Positions 1 to 9,132 of a stretch of DNA of 64,000 nt are shown here, piece after piece. Origin of the DNA: a virus. How positions within the stretch are numbered: the stretch's first letter is position 1; every line of letters starts with the position of its first letter. Location of the stretch: the IMG/VR virus record IMGVR_UViG_3300045988_111260; one strand, given 5' to 3'. The notes below the pieces were generated by a model. It saw nothing but the letters and a program-made list of their open reading frames with translations. It made no database searches and had not been told where the DNA came from. The translations under genes were made by a program, and so were the position numbers.

Positions 1-189
1 CTGCAATGATCCATTTTGTCTTCACTGGAACAATTAGCGGATTTGCCAAAATAAAATGTAATAACCAAATAATTAAATTTACGATTGCAAAGTTGATAAC
101 AACCGAAATAACCAATCCTAATATAAATGCTAAAATTGCAACCAGACATCCATTGTCGTTTGTCAATTCCATCAGTAACTTCTTCATCT
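1..189 (-). CDS. Membrane protein, 5' part only (gene runs off left edge); start ATG at 189 with GGGAAA RBS
   Basis: Minus-strand translation MKKLLMELTNDNGCLVAILAFILGLVISVVINFAIVNLIIWLLHF... is open to the window edge and hydrophobic; it overlaps and probably invalidates plus ORF 6..212. Confidence 0.4.
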
Positions 190-218
190 GTTTCCCTTTC
201 ATCAAAGATTAATTTTAT

Positions 219-482
219 CTATTCTACGATCATCCAGTCTTCAGCCAACATATCTGTCTGACTTGCGAGCCAAGGAACTACATTCCCCTGTGCTGTTTTC
301 ATTGCAATATAAGCACCATATTCGACTAATCCGTCTTTATTTACAATGCTTTTAGCAATATCTGTGCATGGCGCATAAGCTCCTGCTGGAACATAATATA
401 AAAACATACCTTTCCCATTCTAACCTTTTCTTGCTACTTTTCTTTTATCTTTCATCGCATCAATTGCTGTTCCAAAATCCAT
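219..482 (-). pseudogene. DUF2829 / Tad2-like small phage protein interrupted by in-frame TAG (420..422) at the conserved Trp position
   Basis: RBS GGAGAA then MDFGTAIDAMKDKRKVARKG-TAG-NGKGMFLYYVPAGAYAPCTD... is one continuous frame; my recollection of the family consensus is ...KVARxGWNGKGMF, so TGG>TAG. Confidence 0.45.
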
Positions 483-495
483 AGTAAATTCTCCT

Positions 496-741
496 TTACT
501 CTTTTTTATATGTGTATTTTACATAAGTCCCTTTGTGGTTTACACTCACAACATCTTTTGACTTCCTCTGTTCTTCTTTTCTTCTAAATTTTTCTAAAAG
601 ATAATCCACTTTGCCATTGCATATTTCGGCATCAGCGCCATTGCAAAAATAGTAAATATCGCACTCTGTACATTTCGTCGTTATAAACTCAAACGCCTGT
701 TGTCGATTGAAATTTGTAACGTCAATAAGTTTACCTATCAT
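496..741 (-). CDS. Hypothetical Cys-rich small protein
   Basis: 81-aa ORF with a C-x2-C ... C-x5-C pattern. Confidence 0.4.
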   Translation of the reverse strand: MIGKLIDVTNFNRQQAFEFITTKCTECDIYYFCNGADAEICNGKVDYLLEKFRRKEEQRKSKDVVSVNHKGTYVKYTYKKE

Positions 742-752
742 GCCACGGCACC

Positions 753-1160
753 TTATTTACTCTCTGTAACTTTAAATGGAACAATTGATTCTGGAATATA
801 ATTAACTTCATATTTATATTTGTTAACTTTAGCCCCACCTAAATCTTCGATCACATACATACTATCTCGGTTCATGTGAATGATATGTTTCTTATATGAA
901 CCATTTGCCGTTTCAACAATAAGTTTTACCTTCTTGCTACCTTCATCTTCTAAGGAAAATGCTCCGACAATTTCAAACTCTACTTTGTCTGTCCTTGTAT
1001 TAATTACAGCAAATCGTCTCAAGACGTTAAAATTGTCTGCTTCTTTAGATACATTAGTAGATACTTTATCTGCCTCTGTGCATCCTGTCACGATACCACC
1101 AATACTGAGACATCCAATTGCAGCAATAATCGCCATTCGTTTTTTAATGTTTAATTTCAT
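753..1160 (-). CDS. Putative lipoprotein
   Basis: N-terminal signal peptide with lipobox-like ...GIVTGC. Confidence 0.5.
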   Translation of the reverse strand: MKLNIKKRMAIIAAIGCLSIGGIVTGCTEADKVSTNVSKEADNFNVLRRFAVINTRTDKVEFEIVGAFSLEDEGSKKVKLIVETANGSYKKHIIHMNRDSMYVIEDLGGAKVNKYKYEVNYIPESIVPFKVTESK

Positions 1161-1190
1161 ATATTCAATTTTCTCCTTTTAAAACTTAGG

Positions 1191-1520
1191 TCATTTAATT
1201 TCTTTTTGTTTTGACCAATCAATTTCTGAAGGTTCTACACCTGTCTGCTGTTTGTAGAATTCATAATCTTCTGTCCAAAACTCTGCATCTTCATCTTTAA
1301 CGAAGTAACTCTCGTCAAAAACTAGATCCATCTCGTCTGGAGTAGCAAGATATTTTACTTTACAACATCTACCATATTTGTATGTTTCTCCGTTATAGCA
1401 AATTGAACACGGCTCCCAGATGCGATATTCTACATAATTGTCTTTTACAACAAACCTTTCGATTTTGCTTTCTGGGATTCCCTGTCTAACAAAACATTCG
1501 TAAATGGTTAGTTTATTCAC
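1191..1520 (-). CDS. Hypothetical protein
   Basis: 109-aa ORF overlapping the ligA start by 8 nt (operon-like). Confidence 0.4.
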   Translation of the reverse strand: MNKLTIYECFVRQGIPESKIERFVVKDNYVEYRIWEPCSICYNGETYKYGRCCKVKYLATPDEMDLVFDESYFVKDEDAEFWTEDYEFYKQQTGVEPSEIDWSKQKEIK

Positions 1521-3504
1521 TCGTATCTCCCTTCAGAATCTTGATTAATCCATCTTCATCAATGATCGGAATGCCTAACTGCTGTGCTTTTTTATTTTTA
1601 CTGCTTGTAGAATTCACATCATTGTTTACAAGATAATTCGTATTTTTTGATACAGATCCTGCGACTTTGCCACCTCTGGACTCAATTTCATCCTTGATAG
1701 CATTACGATTGGTAAACTTGTTTACCTTACCTGTTACAACAAAAGTCATTCCTGTGAGATCAACCATTGATTCTTTTTTGCTTTCTGGCATCTCAAACTC
1801 AAGTTCTTCGGCTAATTTCTCTACCATCTCAAGATTTTCTTTAAAATACCCATCCATTGATAACGAAGTATAGAAACCAATGCCATCAATACGACCAAAG
1901 TATTTTCTTTTTTTGATTCTTTCGATAAACACATTGTATGGATTTTTGTTATTTGATAGAGAAATCTTATCAATAAACTTGCAAATATCCTTTGCTATTG
2001 ACTTACCAATAAGCTCGATACCGAGTGCTGTTACGAAATTAACCAGTTTACACTTACGACTTTTCTCGATGCTATTTAATAAGGAAGAAACACTCTTCAT
2101 TCCAAATCCATCAAGATTCTCCATCTCAGATTTATGTTCTGCTAAATTATAAATATCTGGATAATCTTTTAGCCATCCAAGATCAATAAATCTCTTCAAT
2201 GTTGCCTCAGATAACCCTTGAATATTCATTGCATCTCTGGAAACAAAGTTCACAAACTTGCTAAGTAGTTTTGCTTTACAATCAGGATTCATACATTTCA
2301 GAACTTTACTACCGTTCTCATTGATGATTCTTGCTTCGCCACCACAGGTTGGGCAAGTATCTGGAATCTTGAATGTATTACTTCTTGTCAGATTATCGTG
2401 TACTTTTGGGATAACCATGTTGCTACGATAAACCTGAATCGTATCACCTACGCCAAGTTCCAATCCTTCAATATAACTTATATTATGTAGTGTAGCTCTT
2501 GTGGTTTCTGCGCCATCAAGATCAACTGGATCAAATACCGCAACTGGATTAATCAGTCCTGTGCGAGATGTATTCCATTCAATATCTCTGATTGTGGTTT
2601 CATAGAGATCATCAGCCCATTTGAGAGCCATCATATTGAGTCCGTGGTGTGAAGTTGTTCCGAGAGATTTGCCATACTGATAATCGTTATAGGTGAAAAT
2701 CAAACCATCAACAGGATATTCATATGTCTCTGGATCAAACTTTTCAATATATTCTTCAACATTATCTCGATCAACAATCTGATGCTCAACTACGTCAAAC
2801 CCCTGTACTGCCAGATACTCAAAGCTATCAGCAATGCTCGGCATTTCTTCATCAGATACGCCATCAATCTTAACAAGTTCAAATGCTTTGTAAGCAAGCT
2901 TTCTTTCCTTTGCTACATTTGCATCTAACTGTCTGATTGTACCTGCTGCCAGATTTCTTGCATTTTTATATTTACCATGCAGCACTTCATTGATTTTCTG
3001 GAAGTCTTCGTAACTGATAACTGATTCACCACGAACTTCTAGTCCACGTTTTTCAGGGATCTCAAGAGGTAGATTGAAGATCATACGAGCTGTATGAGTA
3101 ACATCTTCGCCAATTTCACCATTTCCCCTTGTAATTGCTTGTTTTAAGCATCCATTTTCGTAACGAACAACCACCGTCAAACCATCTTCCTTCCACGATA
3201 AAACACCAATTTTATCCGCAAGAAATTTTTTGACCTCATTGACATCCTTCGTCTTCTGAGCTGATAACATTGGGCGTGTATGCTTTACTTTAGCCAGAGA
3301 ATCAATTATAAATCCTTGAACGTGGTGGATGGGCGAATTATTCAAAACAACGCCAGAATCTCTCTCAAGTCGTTCTAAAGCAGTGCATAAATCGTCAAAT
3401 TCTTTATCTGAAATGATCGGATTATCCTCTGCGTAGTACGCATATGAAGCATCATTGATTCTGTCGATCAAGACATTCATTTCTTTCACATATTCAGTTT
3501 TCAT
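1513..3504 (-). CDS. ligA: NAD-dependent DNA ligase
   Basis: Ia domain with YYAEDNPIISDKEFD, adenylation KxDG (WKEDG), TRGNGEIGEDVT, Cys4 zinc finger CPTCGGE...CMNPDC, HhH region and C-terminal BRCT. Confidence 0.9.
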   Translation of the reverse strand: MKTEYVKEMNVLIDRINDASYAYYAEDNPIISDKEFDDLCTALERLERDSGVVLNNSPIHHVQGFIIDSLAKVKHTRPMLSAQKTKDVNEVKKFLADKIGVLSWKEDGLTVVVRYENGCLKQAITRGNGEIGEDVTHTARMIFNLPLEIPEKRGLEVRGESVISYEDFQKINEVLHGKYKNARNLAAGTIRQLDANVAKERKLAYKAFELVKIDGVSDEEMPSIADSFEYLAVQGFDVVEHQIVDRDNVEEYIEKFDPETYEYPVDGLIFTYNDYQYGKSLGTTSHHGLNMMALKWADDLYETTIRDIEWNTSRTGLINPVAVFDPVDLDGAETTRATLHNISYIEGLELGVGDTIQVYRSNMVIPKVHDNLTRSNTFKIPDTCPTCGGEARIINENGSKVLKCMNPDCKAKLLSKFVNFVSRDAMNIQGLSEATLKRFIDLGWLKDYPDIYNLAEHKSEMENLDGFGMKSVSSLLNSIEKSRKCKLVNFVTALGIELIGKSIAKDICKFIDKISLSNNKNPYNVFIERIKKRKYFGRIDGIGFYTSLSMDGYFKENLEMVEKLAEELEFEMPESKKESMVDLTGMTFVVTGKVNKFTNRNAIKDEIESRGGKVAGSVSKNTNYLVNNDVNSTSSKNKKAQQLGIPIIDEDGLIKILKGDTSE

Positions 3505-3587
3505 AATTTTTGGATTTTCCTTTTCTTGTTTATATTGTTTAGTTAATTATTTTAATTTGTGTTTCTATGTCTTTCAGTAACTGCCAA

Positions 3588-4226
3588 TTACTTCACTACA
3601 TATATTTTTCTGTGCTGTTGCACATTGATTGTTTCGGAATGTGTTGATTTGAACACGTCTACATGCATTCCTTTTACTTTGCCTCCACAATCTTCTGCCA
3701 CAAAGATTGTATCACCGTATCCCTCAATCTTAACTCTTGTTCCATAAGGGATAATGTTTTTATCAACCGCAATCGTATGATACGGTCGAGCAAATCTATG
3801 CCCTGCATGATTCCAAGCAATCTTAGATCCATATCCTTCAGAACATTCATAACATGGACAATATGCCGTGATCAAAAATGTTCCAAGTGAACTCTTTTCA
3901 AGTTCTTGCTTTCGCTTCAACCGTTGTCGTTTAATTCGCAATCGTTTCTTTCGAAGTTTTTCTAATCGAATCTGCCTTGCTTTCTCCTCATCAGCTTGCT
4001 TACATTTCTGATAATGCTCATGAACGTCTCTTAATTCAACGCTTTGACTGATTGGATTGTTTGAAATCACATTGCCTTGCTTATTTTCCGCAACAGTTGT
4101 CTCTGTTGATAAGGTTGAAGTCTCCACCGAGGGTCGCTCCTCTGCTTTAACTGTGTGAGTCATAAAGCCTGAACACATTGCTAAAAAACTAAACGAAATA
4201 ACTTTCATTAAAAATCTTTTTCTCAT
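3588..4226 (-). CDS. Secreted 3D-domain protein (MltA/YuiC-like cell-wall-binding or lytic-transglycosylase-like) with KR-rich coiled coil
   Basis: Signal peptide from internal start MRKRFLMKVISFSFLA (RBS AAAGGAG); C-terminal GTFLITAYCPCYECSEG...GTRVKIEGYGDTIFVAEDCGG...VDVF matches the 3D domain. Confidence 0.6.
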   Translation of the reverse strand: MRKRFLMKVISFSFLAMCSGFMTHTVKAEERPSVETSTLSTETTVAENKQGNVISNNPISQSVELRDVHEHYQKCKQADEEKARQIRLEKLRKKRLRIKRQRLKRKQELEKSSLGTFLITAYCPCYECSEGYGSKIAWNHAGHRFARPYHTIAVDKNIIPYGTRVKIEGYGDTIFVAEDCGGKVKGMHVDVFKSTHSETINVQQHRKIYVVK

Positions 4227-4256
4227 TTTTGCATCTCCTTTCATTAACATATTGGT

Positions 4257-4300
4257 ATCTTATCATACTTCTTGCACCCTGTCAATAGGTGCAAAGAATA
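4257..4300 (-). promoter_or_regulatory. Sigma-A-like promoter (TTGACA-17-TAAGAT) embedded in a 23-bp palindromic operator TTGCACC-N8-GGTGCAA; copy 1 of 2
   Basis: Minus strand TTGCACCTATTGACAGGGTGCAAGAAGTATGATAAGAT directly upstream of the 3D-domain gene; a near-identical 50-bp block recurs at 45055..45115. Confidence 0.5.
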
Positions 4301-4303
4301 AAG

Positions 4304-6556
4304 TTAATTTTTTAAGCTTAACCAGGTGCGCCTCTTATTATGATTTGTTACGATACATCTCTTAAACGCTTCTGGCTCTGCAAGGAGCGCAAATCTTTTC
4401 TTAGCTCGTGTTAACATCGTATATAGCATACAGTTATCAAGCAATTTGTAATGTGTGTTGTCAATGATACCAATTACAGTTTGAGCAGCCGATCCTTGAA
4501 GCTTATGCGTTGTTAATGCATATGCCAATTGAAGTTGTCCTAACTGAGCAAAAGAATATTCGATCATCTTCTTATCCATGTCTGGATTCATCATGGCGTG
4601 AACAACTTTCTTATCATAATCAATGCCAGTAATGTATCCAATATCTCCATTAAATGTGTTTCTTTCATAGTCATTACTGGTTTGAAGCACTTTATCTCCC
4701 ACATAAAACTTCTTTGTTTTGCCATATGTAACAAACCTTGCATTGGATTTATTTTTATACAATTCTTTCTGAATTGCTACATTAAGTTCTTCTGTAGAGT
4801 TTATGCAACCTGACTTACGAGGAGAGATTACAACCACATTATCCATACCGTCTTGTTTAACACACGTCATGAACTGCTTTACAACCAAATTAAAAATATT
4901 CTCACGATTATTTCTGAAAATGTAAAACATATCATGTAGCTCTCCATGAACTTGTTTAGCACTAAAATCCTCAATTGGAGAAATTGCTCTACGCACTTTT
5001 CTAGCATCACTAAGAATACCAGACTTTTCTGCTTGTCTCATTGGCTTCGTTAATTGCACTGAATCTAACTCATCCATTTTGAGTAGATCAGAGAAAATGT
5101 TACCATATCCAATTGGTGGTAACTGCATATGATCTCCGCTAATAATAATCTTTGTACCTGGACGAATTGCCAAAAGTAATTGATAGAACAACCCTGCATT
5201 AACCATACTTGCTTCGTCTAAAAGAACTACATCAATTGGTAATGGATTGTTAGCATCGTGCATAAACGAGTCTACGCCTTGTGCTTCAAGTAATCGATGA
5301 ATAGTTCTCGCTTCTAATCCTGTTGCTTCTTGGATTCTCTGTGCTGCTTTCGCAGATAATGCACATGCAGCAATGCTGTAATTTCTTTTCTTATAACATC
5401 TGATGATCGGCTTTAATAAAGTAGTTTTACCAGTTCCAGCTTCACCACTGATCAAGACAACATTTGTTTGTAATGCAGTATAGATACCTTTGTTTTGTTC
5501 TTCACTAAAAGTAAATCCTTCTTCTTTTTCAACTTCAGCAATAACTTGTCCAATTTCGTTTACAGTGATTATCTCTTTCTTCTTGGTAGAATTAGTATCT
5601 CTGCGTTCTTGCAACAATGCCATTATATTCATTTCTGTGTCATGGTACTTTTTCAAACCAATTAGTTCGCCACTAACATAGATGTCTGGAGGAAAATCAT
5701 TTTCAACATAATCGTCAAATATATGCAGACACTCTCCAACTGTTGTACTAACTTCTGATCGCAATGTGGCAATCGCCATATATGTATGTCCGTCACTTTC
5801 GCCAAGATTCGTTAAATAATACGTCATAAAATAATCAAGTCGATACTTAGAATCTCTCAACTCTGGACGGATCTTTAAAGCAATATCATCAACTTTCTTA
5901 AATCCAAGACCTCTGATCTTAGTTAAAATGTAAGGATTTGTGTTGATTTTATACTTTAACTTTTCTGGATCTGGCTCAGCTTCTACCAATTTCTTAATCA
6001 TATTAAAAGTAATGCCATGAGGCTGTAGCATAACTACAACCTCGGAAATCACATAATTATTAATGATCTTCTCTCTGAGCTTCGCCCATGTCTTATTGCC
6101 AAGTCCTTTAATCATAGATGTATCAATCGTCTTGCATTTGCCTGCCATAACATCTTCAATGATATTTGGATATTCAGCAAGTAAACCTTCAGCAATTGAT
6201 TCTTTCGCTTGTGTTTTTAAGAACATTAGCTGATCAGTCTGTGTTTTTGGAACATCTGCAACAACCGAAATCGGTTTATATTGATATTCATGATATTTTT
6301 GAGAATAAATACATGTCGCTTTTACATTATACTTTGTCCCAATATATAACTGTTGAACTTCTCCAACAAGTTTACTTGCAACATATTCTTTATCTCCTGA
6401 GTCATCAAATTTATTATCATTGTATGGACTGAATTGTGGTATCTGGTCTTTTGTACAAAACGCATAGATACCAAACATTGATTCTTCATTATAAAATATC
6501 TGATATGTAGGAATCATTTCAAACTCGCATACCTTTCCGCATGTCTGACTCTCCAT
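4304..6556 (-). CDS. RecD-like SF1 DNA helicase with about 350-aa N-terminal region of unknown function
   Basis: Walker A GEAGTGKTT, Walker B VVLLDEASMV, IISGDHMQLPPIG, C-terminal LTTHKLQGSAAQTV. Confidence 0.75.
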   Translation of the reverse strand: MESQTCGKVCEFEMIPTYQIFYNEESMFGIYAFCTKDQIPQFSPYNDNKFDDSGDKEYVASKLVGEVQQLYIGTKYNVKATCIYSQKYHEYQYKPISVVADVPKTQTDQLMFLKTQAKESIAEGLLAEYPNIIEDVMAGKCKTIDTSMIKGLGNKTWAKLREKIINNYVISEVVVMLQPHGITFNMIKKLVEAEPDPEKLKYKINTNPYILTKIRGLGFKKVDDIALKIRPELRDSKYRLDYFMTYYLTNLGESDGHTYMAIATLRSEVSTTVGECLHIFDDYVENDFPPDIYVSGELIGLKKYHDTEMNIMALLQERRDTNSTKKKEIITVNEIGQVIAEVEKEEGFTFSEEQNKGIYTALQTNVVLISGEAGTGKTTLLKPIIRCYKKRNYSIAACALSAKAAQRIQEATGLEARTIHRLLEAQGVDSFMHDANNPLPIDVVLLDEASMVNAGLFYQLLLAIRPGTKIIISGDHMQLPPIGYGNIFSDLLKMDELDSVQLTKPMRQAEKSGILSDARKVRRAISPIEDFSAKQVHGELHDMFYIFRNNRENIFNLVVKQFMTCVKQDGMDNVVVISPRKSGCINSTEELNVAIQKELYKNKSNARFVTYGKTKKFYVGDKVLQTSNDYERNTFNGDIGYITGIDYDKKVVHAMMNPDMDKKMIEYSFAQLGQLQLAYALTTHKLQGSAAQTVIGIIDNTHYKLLDNCMLYTMLTRAKKRFALLAEPEAFKRCIVTNHNKRRTWLSLKN

Positions 6557-6571
6557 TGTTTAGGCAGCACC

Positions 6572-7054
6572 TCATTTCCCTTTTAAATAATTTTTAAAGT
6601 AATACTCAAAATATAATCTAATAAACAGCCCAGAATATTTATTATCTGGCATGAAGAATATCGGCACATTGTATTTAAACCAAAAGCTGTGCAATGATCC
6701 AATGAATGATTTCTTGTTATACTGCGTGTTGTAATTGCCATCTGCAATATCTGAGTAATTGGCGTTTTCAAGCAGAATAACTTTTGTCTCTGGTGCAAGA
6801 CTTAACTCTTTTTCAAATCTGGCACGATCTTTTGATAAATTGCCACTGATTTCTTCAAGACTTCCTTTTCGCTCAACACATACTTTGCTGTCAAAATACA
6901 TATCTCTCTGAATACCAAGCTTCTCATTTGCAGGAATCATGAAGCTGTAGTCCCCATAATTCAATGCTTTCTTTTTATGATTTACGCTTTTTCTATCGAA
7001 GTAACCTATGATATGATCAGCCTTTTGCTCCCTTGTGTCGACAAGGATTGTCAT
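6572..7054 (-). CDS. ERCC4-type (XPF/Mus81/Hef-like) nuclease domain protein
   Basis: ILVDTREQ ... YGDYSF ... VCVERKGSLEEISGNL, resembling the ERCC4 GDY...ERKxxxD signature. Confidence 0.5.
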   Translation of the reverse strand: MTILVDTREQKADHIIGYFDRKSVNHKKKALNYGDYSFMIPANEKLGIQRDMYFDSKVCVERKGSLEEISGNLSKDRARFEKELSLAPETKVILLENANYSDIADGNYNTQYNKKSFIGSLHSFWFKYNVPIFFMPDNKYSGLFIRLYFEYYFKNYLKGK

Positions 7055-7104
7055 CGAGCTGACGAGTTCTTTGATTTCCTTGTCGGTATATTTGTAAAAT
7101 TGAA

Positions 7105-9132
7105 TTATACTAATTCCTCCTTTGCGTCATTTTTAATAGTGAAATTCTTAAGCCAAAACTCAAATTTATCTGGTACATCTTTGTAGATTTTCTTTCCTGT
7201 TTTTGTATTGATCTCCCCAGTTGGTTCTTTTTTATGTTTCTTCTCAACTGATTTCAGATATAGAATATCTCCTTCATCGAATGGGTTCTTCTTATATTGG
7301 TTTGTCCACATTTTTACTTTCTGTGTTTTTCCAGAGTAAATTTCATATAACTGAATGTTAACGATGGATTTTTTAACATCAAGATCTGAAACATAATATA
7401 ATCGTTTATTAACTTTTACGTTAGCATAGCTTACAATTCCGAGAACATTTCTCTGATTGTCTAATTTTTCTTTCAAAGACAATTCTCTGTATGGAATATT
7501 TTTTATAGATTCAATAAGTAATTGTTCTGAATCTAATTGATTATAAAGTGTTTTTGTCTCATGACCATACTTCAAAAGTAAATCAGAAGAAATGTGATAT
7601 TCTATCGCCTTTTCTTTGGACAATTGCTTTTTCCCATTTAATAATTCATAATATTTAACTGTTTCTAATAAGGTATTCGCATCTCCGAACTCTACAAAAT
7701 AATTAATTTTAATTAATTTGTCTATCACTGTTTTATTGAGATGATTCTGCTTTAATACATTGATTACTTCTATGAATGAGCTGTATTTAGCCTGTCCTAA
7801 ATCATATAGTGAATTGGCGACACCTTCTCCAAATCCTTTAATGCTTGATAAATTGGGATATATAATTTTATGTTCTTCATCAATCGTGACTTTTCTATTG
7901 TCTGCTCCAAACCGATAATCTCCCAATTTATATCCCCAAAATTTAATGGCTTCTTTTACTAGAGCATCAATTTTATCTTTCTTATTTTTTTCTTGGTAAT
8001 GATTAATTGCTACTTCATAGAACATTTTCGTATAATGAGCTTTAAACCATGCCTGATAGGCAGAATCCTCAGCCATCGACCAAGCATGCGGAGAGTTGAA
8101 GGCGTACGAAGCTGATGAGTCTATAACTTCCCATATATTATTGAAATTATTAAGTTCTCCAATTTCAATTTGCCAACCATCTTTTAATCTTTCTTTCAGT
8201 TCTTTTAACTTTTCAGGATGAGCTTTATATTTTTTTTTCGAGATATTTTTAATAACTCCATACGTTTCGCCCATCTTCAATTGCAGGAAAGATAATACCT
8301 TCATAATTGACTCTTGATAAATCATAAAATGTGCTGTATCTTGTAACAACTCATCAATTTTCTTTTCGCCTGTTGAATATGGTTCACGATTTAAAAAAGT
8401 ATTTAATAAAGATGCAAATCCTGGTCTAATTGCAGCAATGAAACTACTTAATTCTGCTAAATTTTGTGGCTTATATTTCTTTGCTCTATTTGTTGTCGCT
8501 TCTTTTTCACATTGGTTAACACAACAAGTAATTCCTTTTGCATAAATATCCCATGTTTTATGATCTCCTTCTATCATCTCTCTCAGTTCTTCAGATGTAG
8601 GAACCTCCATTCCTATACTGTGAAAAAATTTATATGTAAGATAAACACTATCTACAATAAGAAAATCTTCTTTTACATATCCAAATTCATCAAGATAGCC
8701 ACCTTCAATGGCGGCACAAATTGTTCTTTTCCCAGTCGTTTCTGAAACAGCACTAATTAATCCTACTTCTCTACGAATATCTCCGTCGAATATAAAATGC
8801 CCACAAGCATGTACTTTTAGATTGATAGTAATTCCTTGATATTCGTTGCTTTGTTTAAATAAATCAACGTATTCTTCTGGAATATAATCTTCAACATGAA
8901 TAAAATCTTTATCTTCTTCATCAGCATATTTTAATGCTTTATTATAGTCATCAAGATATTTTGAAATTCTGTTTGCATCTTCTGGACTAACATCGTTAGC
9001 TCCAGCATATAATTGCCATGCTGCTTTCTCTTTTAACTTTTCTATAGCCATTAACGGATAACATCCATGCTCTCCAAGAAGTTTTTTTGCAGCTTTCACA
9101 AATGGTTCCTGAGTAGCTACATTTAGGTCAAT
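7105..9132 (-). CDS. dnaE: DNA polymerase III alpha (DnaE-type), exon 2; the frame is open upstream of the annotated GTG and begins IDLNVATQEPFVKAAKK
   Basis: IAAIRPGFASL and MIYQESIMKV match the DnaE palm/fingers RPGPM and YQEQ motifs; IDLN completes the catalytic PDIDLN when joined to exon 1. Confidence 0.7.
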   Translation of the reverse strand: MDLNVATQEPFVKAAKKLLGEHGCYPLMAIEKLKEKAAWQLYAGANDVSPEDANRISKYLDDYNKALKYADEEDKDFIHVEDYIPEEYVDLFKQSNEYQGITINLKVHACGHFIFDGDIRREVGLISAVSETTGKRTICAAIEGGYLDEFGYVKEDFLIVDSVYLTYKFFHSIGMEVPTSEELREMIEGDHKTWDIYAKGITCCVNQCEKEATTNRAKKYKPQNLAELSSFIAAIRPGFASLLNTFLNREPYSTGEKKIDELLQDTAHFMIYQESIMKVLSFLQLKMGETYGVIKNISKKKYKAHPEKLKELKERLKDGWQIEIGELNNFNNIWEVIDSSASYAFNSPHAWSMAEDSAYQAWFKAHYTKMFYEVAINHYQEKNKKDKIDALVKEAIKFWGYKLGDYRFGADNRKVTIDEEHKIIYPNLSSIKGFGEGVANSLYDLGQAKYSSFIEVINVLKQNHLNKTVIDKLIKINYFVEFGDANTLLETVKYYELLNGKKQLSKEKAIEYHISSDLLLKYGHETKTLYNQLDSEQLLIESIKNIPYRELSLKEKLDNQRNVLGIVSYANVKVNKRLYYVSDLDVKKSIVNIQLYEIYSGKTQKVKMWTNQYKKNPFDEGDILYLKSVEKKHKKEPTGEINTKTGKKIYKDVPDKFEFWLKNFTIKNDAKEELV

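Noticed and set aside
6-212. Plus-strand 68-aa ORF at the left edge
   Set aside because: No RBS and low-complexity I/F-rich sequence. It is antisense to a better-supported minus-strand membrane-protein gene that runs off the window.
880-1182. Numerous plus-strand ORFs antisense to long minus-strand genes, here and throughout the window (for example 1667..1873, 8464..8745, 14992..15441, 35738..36148, 46747..47235)
   Set aside because: Typical AT-rich antisense frame shadows: no RBS, low-complexity S/F/I/L-rich translations, and each is fully contained in a well-supported minus-strand gene.
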